Shown: one piece after another, positions 31,543 to 40,984 of the stretch
Numbering within the stretch: the stretch's first letter is position 1
Layout: every line of letters starts with the position of its first letter
NCBI GenBank assembly: GCA_963668675.2
Contig: CAXXMB010000002.1
Coordinates: 1,984,001-2,048,000, forward strand
Source of the DNA: an uncultured Desulfatitalea sp.
GTDB lineage: Bacteria; Desulfobacterota; Desulfobacteria; Desulfobacterales; Desulfosarcinaceae
Length of the DNA: 64,000 nucleotides
Direction: 5' to 3'
Translations under genes and position numbers: made by a program
Notes under the pieces: model-generated
Told to the model about the DNA's origin: nothing
What the model saw: only the letters and a program-made list of their open reading frames with translations
Databases searched by the model: none

Positions 31543-33170
31543 CGACCGGTGATATCTGGATATACGGCGACCTGCGCACCGCACGCCACTGGCGGGATTG
31601 CCAACGCGTTTTGACCAAAGCACAGTCACTTGCACGTGAGGCGGATGCACAGATCAGCATGCTGTTGCTGGGGGCCGGCACCTCCGACATCGCCGCTGAG
31701 TGTTCCGAACTGGATCTCTCCGCCTGCGTCCCCATGGAAGAGGCTGCCGGAGTGGCCGCCGGTCTGGGTGTCAAAAAGGTGATCTGCCTGGAGCATCCAA
31801 TGCTGCGCGTGCCGCGGTGCGACGTCTACGCTTCGGTGCTATCCGAATACATCATGAAGAACCGTCCCTGGCTGGTTCTGATGCCCCTTAACGATTTCGG
31901 CCGCGAAACAGCTGCCATATGCGCCCAGCGATGCCAAACCGGTCTTATTGCCGACTGTACCCGGATGTCCTTCGAGGCGAAGCAATTTGTCGGCCGATGC
32001 CCGGCGTGGGGCGGCCAGATTCTGGCCCACATCACCATTGCCGAAGGGTGGACTTCCGCTTTTGTAACGGTTCAACCCCACGGCGTCACCGAACCGGAGG
32101 CCGCGCCGACAAAGGCCCCCATCGAAAGGGTGGCCCTGGAGAAGGTTGACCCGCCGGCCGGACTGCAGATCATCAAGCGGGCCGTCGAGGCCACCGACAC
32201 GCGTCGCCTGGAAGATACCGAAACGGTGGTGGTGGGCGGCGCCGGAATGGGCGACATGCGTGGCTTCGGACTGGTTCGTGAGCTGGCCGCGGCATTGGGA
32301 GGCGAAGTGGGCGCCACCCGACCGCCGGTGCTCTATCACTGGGTGGAGGAGGCGCGCTTGATTGGCCAGACCGGCAAAACCGTGCGGCCCAAACTGCTCA
32401 TATCGGCGGGCGCATCGGGGGCCATTCAATACACGGCCGGCATAATGGAGGCCGAAACCATCGTCGCTATCAACCGCGATGCGTCGGCTCCCATCTTTCA
32501 GATTGCCGACATCGGCCTGGTGGCGGACGCCAACCTGGTGCTGCCGCTGCTCAACCAGCACGCCCAGCAGGCTGCCATGAAACAGTTGGCCGATGCCTCC
32601 TGCGCTGTCGGCGCCGACGAGCAAAGCGGCGAGGCAAAGGGTGGCTTCGGCCCCATGGTGCGCCAGCTAAGGCAAGCCCGCGACTGGAGCCAGGAGGATC
32701 TGGCCCATGTCACCGGGCAGAACCCCGAATTCATCGAGCAGGTCGAGTCGGGTCATCTATCACCGCCGGTCGGCTTCATCCTGCGCATGGCCCAAGCCAT
32801 GAAGATCGATGCATCCACCTTTTTGAACAAGGAGGCCCAAACCGCCATCCGGGATCGCCGCGCCCAGGCCTACCACCAGCGCACCCAGGCTTACAGCTAC
32901 ACCACCTTGACCCCGGAGGCCGCCAACAGTCACTTACGCGCATTCATGATCACCATCGAAGCCCACCACGACCACAAGCCGGTCGCTTATAAACATGAAG
33001 GCGAAGAGTTCATCTATGTGATGGAGGGTGACCTGGGCCTGACCCTGGATGCGCGACAGCATGTGCTAAAACCCGGCGAGTCGATCCACTTCAACTCGGA
33101 TGTACCCCACAAACTAAAAAGCCTCTCCAGCCGCCCGACCCGATGCCTGGTGGTCCTCTATACGGTCTGA
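31539..33170 (+). CDS. etfA: Electron transfer flavoprotein alpha subunit fused to an XRE-HTH/cupin regulator domain
   Basis: GLIADC, VVGG.GM, GATRP, IGQTGKTVRPKL...G.SGAIQ, AINRD..APIF. Then in frame: VRQLRQARDWSQEDLA...IEQVESG (HTH) and HEGEEFIYVMEG..GESIHFNSDVPH (cupin). Confidence 0.9.
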   Translation: MTTGDIWIYGDLRTARHWRDCQRVLTKAQSLAREADAQISMLLLGAGTSDIAAECSELDLSACVPMEEAAGVAAGLGVKKVICLEHPMLRVPRCDVYASVLSEYIMKNRPWLVLMPLNDFGRETAAICAQRCQTGLIADCTRMSFEAKQFVGRCPAWGGQILAHITIAEGWTSAFVTVQPHGVTEPEAAPTKAPIERVALEKVDPPAGLQIIKRAVEATDTRRLEDTETVVVGGAGMGDMRGFGLVRELAAALGGEVGATRPPVLYHWVEEARLIGQTGKTVRPKLLISAGASGAIQYTAGIMEAETIVAINRDASAPIFQIADIGLVADANLVLPLLNQHAQQAAMKQLADASCAVGADEQSGEAKGGFGPMVRQLRQARDWSQEDLAHVTGQNPEFIEQVESGHLSPPVGFILRMAQAMKIDASTFLNKEAQTAIRDRRAQAYHQRTQAYSYTTLTPEAANSHLRAFMITIEAHHDHKPVAYKHEGEEFIYVMEGDLGLTLDARQHVLKPGESIHFNSDVPHKLKSLSSRPTRCLVVLYTV

Positions 33171-33250
33171 GCACCGATTCATTACGGAACTGCAGCTCAG
33201 CCTTACAAGCCCCTTGCCAAACGTTAAATCCGGTCTATGTTAATTATTGA

Positions 33251-33505
33251 ATCCGGTTCTCCACGAAGCTTAAGTGCCCGGAATGTAGTTATGGCTGGCC
33301 TATGCAAAGCATTTGATTCCTTCATGGAAGCATTACGAAGCAATAGAAAAGTCCCCCTTTTTCAAAGGGGGATTTAGGGGGATTCCAGTATGTTGAGGGC
33401 CAATCAAATCCCCCCCGCCCCCCTTTGAAAAGGGGGGAGCCGGTGGCTGCATCAAAGTATGATAAAGAATAACAGACGATACTTCATCTTCATGGAGAAC
33501 CGGGT
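33251..33505. mobile_element. MITE with 25-bp imperfect TIRs and a target-site duplication, carrying repeat copy C
   Basis: Ends AtCCGGTTCTCCAcGAAGcTtAAGT / AcCCGGTTCTCCAtGAAGaTgAAGT. TATTGA is duplicated at 33245-33250 and 33506-33511 (TTATTGAA if each end is trimmed by 1 bp). Confidence 0.82.
33352..33438. repeat. Inverted doublet of the CCCCCTTT-AAAGGGGG repeat (copy C)
   Basis: TCCCCCTTTTTCAAAGGGGGATTTAGGGGGATT ... AATCCCCCCCGCCCCCCTTTGAAAAGGGGGGA. Confidence 0.8.
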
Positions 33506-33619
33506 TATTGAATTGCAATGAATCGATGTGAAGAGATGTCTGGTGTTGATCCGTAGCAATTCATATCCCCTCAGGCTTCATAACTTTTTTTAGAATAACC
33601 AATGCCATGGAAATACGCC

Positions 33620-33799
33620 ATGAACATAGATAATAGGGCGAGAGGCAACGGGCTGCGCAAACTCATCGAAAGGGGCCGGGCCCTGTTTCGCATTCGTGAA
33701 AACACCGAACACTACTCGGATGCGGACTACAGGAAGGCCGAAAAGAAGTTCGTCAAGTTATGCATTCTGGAAGGAAGGTGTGGAAGCGTAATGAGCTGA
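33620..33799 (+). CDS. Small hypothetical protein
   Basis: 59-aa charged, helical-looking ORF filling the intergenic gap and convergent with the dus gene. Confidence 0.5.
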   Translation: MNIDNRARGNGLRKLIERGRALFRIRENTEHYSDADYRKAEKKFVKLCILEGRCGSVMS

Positions 33800-33845
33800 G
33801 AGATTCAATGAAAAAACACCTTCTCTTTAAGCGTTCCACTTTAAG

Positions 33846-34868
33846 CTATCTTAACAAATTCATATTGGGCCGCTTGAGCAGCGACGGTTTCCCCCTGAAA
33901 AAAGTGACCACAACCTGCCGGGCGCTGTTCATGTCGACCGCGTTGCGAATGGCGTTAAACAGTGTGTTCCCGAATGCAAAATTGGCGGCCAGATAGGCCC
34001 CGTAGCGCCTGAAGCGCCGCAGGGCGCGGGTGGTGTCGAAATAGTGTTCGAGCATTTCGATCAGCTGCAGCGCAGTGTCGCGGCATATCTCCTCCGGGGG
34101 CGGGCGAAGACCCGTCCACTGGGCAAACGACCAGGGACGGGCGATGGCGATACGCCCGAGAGCCACCCCGTCGCAACCGGTGGTTTGAAGCATGCGCAGG
34201 CATCCCTCCGCATCGAACACGTCACCGTTTCCAAACACCGGAATCGTCACGGCCTCTTTCACCCGGGCGATGTATTCCCATTTGGCAGGCCGGTTGCGAA
34301 CGTCGGGGGCGACGCGCGGATGAAAGGTCAACGCATCAGCGCCGGCATCTTCCAGCCGGCGCGCCAAATCCACCGGAATACGTGGGTCGTCCTGCCAGCC
34401 GGTGCGAAACTTCACGAAGAGGGGACACGTGACGGCCCGGCGGATCCGCCCCACCAGACGGGCCGCGGCGGAGGGGTCCTTGAGCAGAGCGGCGCCCTGG
34501 TTGTACTTGCAGATCTCCCTGACCGAGCAGCCCAGATTGACATCCACCCCGAACAGTCCCTCCGTCTCTATTCTAGCGGCGGCCGCGGCCATGCGTTCGG
34601 AATCGGCCCCCAGGAGCTGCACGACCAGCCGGTCAGCCTCTTCGTTCCGCCAGCGAAAATAGGATGATGTGTGTCGGTTCTCCTGGGGGATGCGCGCCGC
34701 ACTGCACATCTCTGAAAAAAACAGGCCACATCCGCCCATCTTGTCGAGCAGGTGACGAAAGGCGATATGGCCCAGATAGGTCATGGGGGCCAGTACCAGA
34801 CGGTTGGTCAATTTCCGTCCGCCCACGGTTAGGGGTCGGTTCAAGATTTCGGGCAGAAGCGTGTCCAT
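33846..34868 (-). CDS. tRNA-dihydrouridine synthase family (DusB-like)
   Basis: LAPM, SEM, QL.G, D.NLGC, GAALL, K.RTGW, H.R, PV.GNGD, DGV..GR. Confidence 0.92.
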   Translation of the reverse strand: MDTLLPEILNRPLTVGGRKLTNRLVLAPMTYLGHIAFRHLLDKMGGCGLFFSEMCSAARIPQENRHTSSYFRWRNEEADRLVVQLLGADSERMAAAAARIETEGLFGVDVNLGCSVREICKYNQGAALLKDPSAAARLVGRIRRAVTCPLFVKFRTGWQDDPRIPVDLARRLEDAGADALTFHPRVAPDVRNRPAKWEYIARVKEAVTIPVFGNGDVFDAEGCLRMLQTTGCDGVALGRIAIARPWSFAQWTGLRPPPEEICRDTALQLIEMLEHYFDTTRALRRFRRYGAYLAANFAFGNTLFNAIRNAVDMNSARQVVVTFFRGKPSLLKRPNMNLLR

Positions 34869-34909
34869 ATGTATATGTGTGGTACATCCTGTTGCATGGG
34901 CTTTGAAAA

Positions 34910-35767
34910 TCATGGCAAGGGGATCTGTTCGGAACCCACAAACCGTTGGGAATTGCAGTATAGAAAGAGCCCGTCCGGTCGCATGGCCCCGGCCAGCGAC
35001 ATCCCCAGGCGCGAGCCCAGTTCGACCGCCAGGCGGGTTGGACGCGACAACGCCATGAGAATCGGAATGCGTGCGCGCACGCTCTTTTGAACCAGTTCAT
35101 AGCTGATCCGGGACGAGAGCACTGCGACTTTTGCCAGATGGAGCCTCCGGTCGAGAAAGAGTCGGCCGATCGCCTTGTCCAGGGCATTGTGGCGGCCGAC
35201 ATCTTCCATGGCCACGAGCAACTGAAGATCCGCATCGAACAGTGCCGCGGCATGACTGGCCCTTGTGCTGCGGCGCAGCGGCTGAAGATCATCGAGCCGG
35301 CGTAGACACGCTTCAGCCGCCGGAAGCGCAATGGTGGTCCGGTCTTCTATCGGTCGCAACTCCTGGATCAGCTCGTCCACAAGGGTCTTACCACAAAGCC
35401 CGCAGCTGGATTGGCTGATATAACCGCGCCGGTCCAGGTGGCCGGCGACTTTCTCCCTTCGCTGCGAGGAGAGGGTGACGGTCACCACGTTTGTGTCGTC
35501 CTGATCGCAGGTGGCCAGATTGGTGATATCGTCCGGGTCGTCCACCACACCTTCGGTCAGACAGAAGCCGGCCGCATGGGCCAGATCGTCACCGGGTGTC
35601 CGCATGACCACCGCGTAAGGGCTACCCTGGACGCGAATGGACAGCGGCTCCTCTTCGATGAATGCCATGGTCGTGCGATGCAGTTCACCTTTGTGCCATT
35701 GGGAAATCGTGGTTCGAGGATCGTTCACGATATGTCGGCCTCCTCTATTCAATGGGTCAGGCGCCAT
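34910..35767 (-). CDS. fdhD: Formate dehydrogenase accessory sulfurtransferase FdhD
   Basis: EEPL.I, MRTPG, GF..TEG, SSCGLCG, EDVGRHNALDK, SSR.S.ELVQK. Confidence 0.95.
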   Translation of the reverse strand: MAPDPLNRGGRHIVNDPRTTISQWHKGELHRTTMAFIEEEPLSIRVQGSPYAVVMRTPGDDLAHAAGFCLTEGVVDDPDDITNLATCDQDDTNVVTVTLSSQRREKVAGHLDRRGYISQSSCGLCGKTLVDELIQELRPIEDRTTIALPAAEACLRRLDDLQPLRRSTRASHAAALFDADLQLLVAMEDVGRHNALDKAIGRLFLDRRLHLAKVAVLSSRISYELVQKSVRARIPILMALSRPTRLAVELGSRLGMSLAGAMRPDGLFLYCNSQRFVGSEQIPLP

Positions 35768-35899
35768 CGATGCGAATCAGCCTCGAGGCGTGCCAACAAT
35801 ATAACGCGGCTTGTAAGAGTGTAAATTCCAAACTCCGAATATCGAAATGTGCGACAAATGCCAATGATCAAAATTCGGTGCGTCTAAAACACATTTTTC

Positions 35900-35927
35900 T
35901 TGACAAAATTTTCAAATCGCTTAATAT
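35900..35927 (+). promoter_or_regulatory. Sigma-70 promoter of the rplU operon
   Basis: TTGACA-N16-TAATAT, about 45 bp upstream of rplU. Confidence 0.6.
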
Positions 35928-35972
35928 TCCGGATTTTTCAGGAATGGCGATTGAAATCAGGGAGGTTCAAAC

Positions 35973-36284
35973 ATGTATGCAGTCGTTGCCACAGGAGGCA
36001 AACAATATAGAGTAGAGGCTGGCGAGATCCTGCGTGTTGAAAAGCTGGCCGGTGATGTCGGTGCCGAAATCGCTTTCGATCAGGTTCTAATGCTGGGTGA
36101 CGGTGAAGATGTCCGCATCGGCCAACCTGTGGTGGAGGGCGCTACTGTCAAAGGCCACATCATTGAGCAGGGCAAGAGTAAAAAGGTGCTTGTATTCAAA
36201 TACAAACGCCGCAAACGCTATCGCCGCAAACAGGGCCACCGCCAGCTCTATACGGCAGTGAAGATCGACAGCATCGACGCATAG
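35973..36284 (+). CDS. rplU: 50S ribosomal protein L21
   Basis: MYAVVATGGKQYRV ... KRRKRYRRKQGHRQ. Confidence 0.99.
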   Translation: MYAVVATGGKQYRVEAGEILRVEKLAGDVGAEIAFDQVLMLGDGEDVRIGQPVVEGATVKGHIIEQGKSKKVLVFKYKRRKRYRRKQGHRQLYTAVKIDSIDA

Positions 36285-36358
36285 ACGATCGAAACATCAC
36301 AGCCACGTCAGGCGCAAAGATCTAAATAGAAGAAGATAGATATTGGGGAGAACATACC

Positions 36359-36613
36359 ATGGCACATAAAAAAGCGGGCGGAAGTTCGAAAAATGGTCGC
36401 GACAGTCAGGGTCAGCGAAGGGGCACCAAACGCTACGGCGGCGAACCGGTGAGAGCAGGCAATATCATCGTACGCCAGCTGGGCACCAAGATCCATCCCG
36501 GCAACAATGTCGGTATGGGGAGGGACTACACACTTTTTGCCAAAATCGACGGCATCGTCACCTTTGAACGTAAAGGCCGCTCAGGCAAAAAGGTCAGTGT
36601 CTATGCCGCGTGA
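36359..36613 (+). CDS. rpmA: 50S ribosomal protein L27
   Basis: [17 protein letters not shown]-terminus. Confidence 0.99.
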   Translation: MAHKKAGGSSKNGRDSQGQRRGTKRYGGEPVRAGNIIVRQLGTKIHPGNNVGMGRDYTLFAKIDGIVTFERKGRSGKKVSVYAA

Positions 36614-37617
36614 AATTCATTGATGAAACCACCATCATCGTGCAATCCGGAGACGGTGGGCGAGGATGCGTCAGCTTTCGACGCGAACGCTTCGTTCCCC
36701 GAGGAGGTCCGGACGGCGGAGATGGAGGCAAGGGCGGCGACGTCCTCCTGAAAGCCACTTCCAACAAACGCACCCTGTACCACCTCCAGTTTAGAAAAGA
36801 GTATAAAGCAAAGAACGGCGGCCACGGGCAAGGCCGTCAGCGAAATGGACGCGGCGGTGAAGATCTTTTGATCCCGGTGCCGGTGGGAACCGTTGTCATC
36901 GACACTGAAAACGGCGAGCCCCTCTTTGACCTTGTCACACCGGAAGAGACCGTTATCGTGGCAAGTGGTGGCCGCGGCGGCCAGGGCAACCTGAGATTCA
37001 AGTCCTCCACCAATCGAGCGCCGCGATATGCCCAGCCCGGAGAACCCGGCCAACGCCTAACACTGAAACTGGAGCTCAAATCCATTGCTGATGTGGGCAT
37101 CATCGGTCTCCCCAATGCCGGCAAATCGACCCTGATCAGCACCATATCATCAGCACGCCCCAAAATCGCAGACTACCCGTTCACCACCTTGATTCCCAAT
37201 CTTGGCGTTGTCACATCCCACTATGGCGAACCCTTTGTGGTGGCCGATATTCCCGGCTTGATCGAAGGCGCACATGAGGGGGCCGGGCTTGGCATCCGCT
37301 TCCTGCGCCATGTGGAGCGCACCGGCGTGCTGGTTCACATGATCGATCTCAGCGCCTTGTCTGCCGATGCACCCCTGGACACCTATGAGATGGTCAACCG
37401 AGAATTGGCCATGTACAGCGACACCCTTGCGAAGAAACCGCAGTTGGTGGTACTGAATAAAATCGATTTACCAGGTACCGAGCCATTGGCCGATCTTTTC
37501 TGTCAGGCCCTGCCCGACACAAACGTGTTGCGCATCAGCGCGGCGACCCATGCAGGGCTTGACGAGTTGAAACGACACATTCGCCGGCATTTAGACGCTT
37601 TGGATGACACCCCATAA
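36610..37617 (+). CDS. obgE: GTPase ObgE/CgtA
   Basis: Gly-rich Obg fold, [21 protein letters not shown]. Confidence 0.98.
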   Translation: MKFIDETTIIVQSGDGGRGCVSFRRERFVPRGGPDGGDGGKGGDVLLKATSNKRTLYHLQFRKEYKAKNGGHGQGRQRNGRGGEDLLIPVPVGTVVIDTENGEPLFDLVTPEETVIVASGGRGGQGNLRFKSSTNRAPRYAQPGEPGQRLTLKLELKSIADVGIIGLPNAGKSTLISTISSARPKIADYPFTTLIPNLGVVTSHYGEPFVVADIPGLIEGAHEGAGLGIRFLRHVERTGVLVHMIDLSALSADAPLDTYEMVNRELAMYSDTLAKKPQLVVLNKIDLPGTEPLADLFCQALPDTNVLRISAATHAGLDELKRHIRRHLDALDDTP

Positions 37618-38299
37618 TTTTCATCAGACCCGATCCCACCGGATCGGTCTGTTCGGCGGGACCTTCAACCCGATCCATCTCGGCCATCTTCAGGTCGCCC
37701 TGGATGTGCGGCAACAACTGGAACTGGATGAGGTCTATTTCATCCCCAGCTCGCTTCCGCCCCATAAAGGTGCCGACCAGCTGGCTGCGGCCCGGGATCG
37801 ACTTGAGATGGTCCGCTTGGCGTTGGGCGATCGGGCCGGGCTGGCACCCTGCGGCCTGGAACTTGAACGGGAAGGCCCATCGTACAGCATCGACACGATC
37901 CGGCACATCCGCCGAAAGCTGCCCGATGCCCAACAGCTCTATTTTATGATGGGCCTGGACGCATTTCTGGAGATCCACACGTGGAAGGCCTTCAGACGGC
38001 TCTTCGAAGAGACGGCGATAGCCGTCATGTCGCGGCCGGGGTCGGGGCAGTGGACCGCACGCAGAGATCAAGAGGCGCTGAGCTACGTACAGCGGCATAT
38101 TGCACCGGAATATCGCCTTAAGAGAGATGATCGCATGCTGGTCCATCCGGACAAACAGTGTGTCTATCTCCTGTCGGTAACACCGGTGGACATTTCTTCG
38201 TCCAGTATCCGCAGCGGTATCCGGAAGGGAGAGCCCCTCGACAGATGGGTTGCACCACCGGTTGCGCGCTACATACAACAAAAAGGTTTATATCGATGA
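37604..38299 (+). CDS. nadD: Nicotinate-nucleotide adenylyltransferase
   Basis: GGTFNPIHLGH, PPHK, SY.IDT, ISSS.IR. Confidence 0.96.
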   Translation: MTPHNFHQTRSHRIGLFGGTFNPIHLGHLQVALDVRQQLELDEVYFIPSSLPPHKGADQLAAARDRLEMVRLALGDRAGLAPCGLELEREGPSYSIDTIRHIRRKLPDAQQLYFMMGLDAFLEIHTWKAFRRLFEETAIAVMSRPGSGQWTARRDQEALSYVQRHIAPEYRLKRDDRMLVHPDKQCVYLLSVTPVDISSSSIRSGIRKGEPLDRWVAPPVARYIQQKGLYR

Positions 38300-38706
38300 G
38301 CAATGAGCTTGACGCCAACCTGGATCTGTTCGTACAAGCCGCCCTTGGTAGAAAGGCACAAGGGGTCGTCGTGCTCGATGTGCGCGAACTGACCTCCATC
38401 GCCGAAACGTTCATCATCTGCAGCGGCACCTCCAACCGGCAGGTGAGCGCCATTGCCGACCACATTCAGCGGTTTTTAAAGGAGCATTCGATCAAGCCGT
38501 TGAGCGTCGAAGGCAAGAGCGAGGGCCTATGGGTCTTGATGGATTACGGACATGTGATCCTTCACGTCTTTTATGAAACCACCCGGTCCTTCTATGACCT
38601 GGAAGGGTTATGGAGCGATGCCAGGCGCATCACCACAGAAAGCATGGAGAAGCATCGCCAGGAGCAAGCCGAAGGGTTCGATGGCGAGGAGGTCTTCGTC
38701 GAGTGA
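38296..38706 (+). CDS. rsfS: Ribosome silencing factor RsfS (Iojap)
   Basis: SG.S.RQV.AIA, WVLMDYG.V..HVF....R.FYDLE.LW. Confidence 0.96.
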   Translation: MSNELDANLDLFVQAALGRKAQGVVVLDVRELTSIAETFIICSGTSNRQVSAIADHIQRFLKEHSIKPLSVEGKSEGLWVLMDYGHVILHVFYETTRSFYDLEGLWSDARRITTESMEKHRQEQAEGFDGEEVFVE

Positions 38707-38812
38707 GGCCATTTGGCTTTTTCACAAATCGTGCTTAGTGTCGGATCTTGTACCTTTGCAATAATGCTTTCGAACGACCACGGCAACCATCAACTCAATC
38801 GGAGAAGATAAG

Positions 38813-40366
38813 ATGCAGAGACCTAAACCGGTCATGCTGATGATTCTGGACGGATGGGGCATCGACACGCCCGGAAGCGGCAACGCCGTCACGCTTGCCA
38901 ACACCCCCAACCTGGATCGGCTCGTGGCCGATTACCCTCATACCCAACTGAAAACGTGTGGTAAATCGGTCGGGTTGCCGGAGGGCATCATGGGCAACTC
39001 CGAAGTGGGGCATCTGAATATCGGCGCCGGACGCATTGTCTACCAGGACCTGTTGCGCATCGACAACGCAATTGCCGACGGCTCCTTTTTTGAAAACGAG
39101 GCCATCAATCAATGCATGCAGCGCTCTATGGAAAAGAGAAGCAGCCTGCACCTGGCCGGCCTCGTATCCGACGGCGGTGTCCACAGCCAACTGACCCATC
39201 TCCTGGCGCTATTGGATCTGGCCAAACAGAAGGGGCTGACCGATATCTATGTCCATATCATCCTGGACGGCCGCGACACAGCACCAGACGGCGGCGTCGG
39301 CTATGTCCGCCAGGTGCAGCAGCACATCGAGAAGATCGGCACAGGCACCATCGCCACCGTCTGTGGTAGATACTACGCCATGGACCGCGATACCCGCTGG
39401 GAGCGCACCGAAAGGGCCTATCGCCTCATGACCGAAGGGGAAGGCGTGCACGAGCGTGATCCACTCGAGGCGGTTCAAAACGCCTACGCACGCGGAGAGA
39501 CGGATGAGTTTGTCAAACCTATCGTCATGGTCGGTCCGGATGATCAGCCGATAGCTACGGTACACGATGACGATGCCATTCTCTTCTTCAATTTCAGAGC
39601 GGATCGTGCTCGCCAGATTACACGGGCCTTTACCGATGAGAATTTCCAGGGATTCGAACGCCAAATGCAGCCCCATCTTTGCGACTATGTCTGCATGACG
39701 CTCTATGACGAGAAGTTTACGCTGCCGATGGCCTTTCCTCCCGAACATCTGGAACAGATATTGGGCGAGGTGGTCAGCGCGGCAGGCATGCGCCAACTGC
39801 GCATTGCCGAGACCGAAAAATATGCCCATGTGACCTACTTTTTCAACGGCGGTGAAGAGAAGCCCTTTGAGAATGAAGACCGCTGCTTGATTCCCTCTCC
39901 TAGAGACGTTCCGACCTACGATCACAAGCCGGAGATGAGTGCCGAGGCGGTCACCAGCGAGGTGCTCGAACGCATCGCTTCCGATCAATACGATCTGATC
40001 GTGCTGAACTTCGCCAATATGGATATGGTCGGTCATACCGGCATCATCCCCGCGGCCATCAAGGCGTGCGAAACGGTGGATCGCTGTGTGGGCCAAATCG
40101 TTGCGGCGGTGCAGTCCAAGGGCGGTGCACTGCTGATTACTGCGGATCACGGCAATGCCGAAACCATGGTCACCAGCAAGGGGAAGATGCACACGGCCCA
40201 CACCCTGAACGTGGTGCGCCTGATCTATGTCAATGAGAACCAAAAGGGGGCGCAGCTTAGAGAGGGCATTCTGGGCGACATCGCCCCGACCATCCTACAG
40301 ATTCTCGGAACGCCCCAACCCAGCCAGATGACGGGAAAACCATTGATTTCAGACCCCAACGTGTAG
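38813..40366 (+). CDS. gpmI: 2,3-bisphosphoglycerate-independent phosphoglycerate mutase
   Basis: ILDGWG, MGNSEVGH, DGGVHS, GRYYAMDRD, AETEKYAHVT, TADHGN. Confidence 0.98.
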   Translation: MQRPKPVMLMILDGWGIDTPGSGNAVTLANTPNLDRLVADYPHTQLKTCGKSVGLPEGIMGNSEVGHLNIGAGRIVYQDLLRIDNAIADGSFFENEAINQCMQRSMEKRSSLHLAGLVSDGGVHSQLTHLLALLDLAKQKGLTDIYVHIILDGRDTAPDGGVGYVRQVQQHIEKIGTGTIATVCGRYYAMDRDTRWERTERAYRLMTEGEGVHERDPLEAVQNAYARGETDEFVKPIVMVGPDDQPIATVHDDDAILFFNFRADRARQITRAFTDENFQGFERQMQPHLCDYVCMTLYDEKFTLPMAFPPEHLEQILGEVVSAAGMRQLRIAETEKYAHVTYFFNGGEEKPFENEDRCLIPSPRDVPTYDHKPEMSAEAVTSEVLERIASDQYDLIVLNFANMDMVGHTGIIPAAIKACETVDRCVGQIVAAVQSKGGALLITADHGNAETMVTSKGKMHTAHTLNVVRLIYVNENQKGAQLREGILGDIAPTILQILGTPQPSQMTGKPLISDPNV

Positions 40367-40383
40367 CGAGGCAACCAGGAACC

Positions 40384-40914
40384 ATGGATTTGAGTAAAGA
40401 GATGCTCGTCGATTATATCACCGGCCGTGAAACACCCAATGCAGGGGCCGAGGCCAACCGCCAGGCCGTTGAACGTCTGCTAGTGGAAACCAAAGGTTAT
40501 GCCCGGGAAGAGATTGAGGTGGATGCACCGATCACCCTCGATATGGGCGAAGCCCAGCAATACCGTTCATTTGTGGACCTGGTAGTGAAAGTCAAAGGGT
40601 ATCGCTACATGGCTGTCAAATGCGCGCCAGGATCGCTGGCCTCCCGCGAGCGCGAGATTGTTGCAGCGGCCCGGCTGTTGGACGCGTATCAGATTCCTTT
40701 GGCGGTATCATCCGATGGCCGGACGGCCATTGTATGGGATGTGGTCAGCGGAGAGAAGATGGGCGACGGATTGGAAGCGATCCCCACAAGGCAGGAGGCG
40801 GAAACCGGGTTCGACCCCCATCGCTTGCTTCCGCTGGGAGAGCCCAGGCGAATGCGCCAGCAGCTCATCTTCCGTTCATATGACAGCATGAACGTTCATC
40901 GACGCGCTGAGTAG
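40384..40914 (+). CDS. Stand-alone HsdR N-terminal-like (PD-(D/E)XK) domain protein
   Basis: E..RQ.....L...KGY....I.V, D..V......A.KC, SDG pattern typical of HSDR_N_2-like proteins. Confidence 0.7.
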   Translation: MDLSKEMLVDYITGRETPNAGAEANRQAVERLLVETKGYAREEIEVDAPITLDMGEAQQYRSFVDLVVKVKGYRYMAVKCAPGSLASREREIVAAARLLDAYQIPLAVSSDGRTAIVWDVVSGEKMGDGLEAIPTRQEAETGFDPHRLLPLGEPRRMRQQLIFRSYDSMNVHRRAE

Positions 40915-40984
40915 ATCGCTATCCCGACCCGGCCGGGCGACTTGATTATCTCCCTGACCGGGCTGAAACATACGAGGAAAAACG

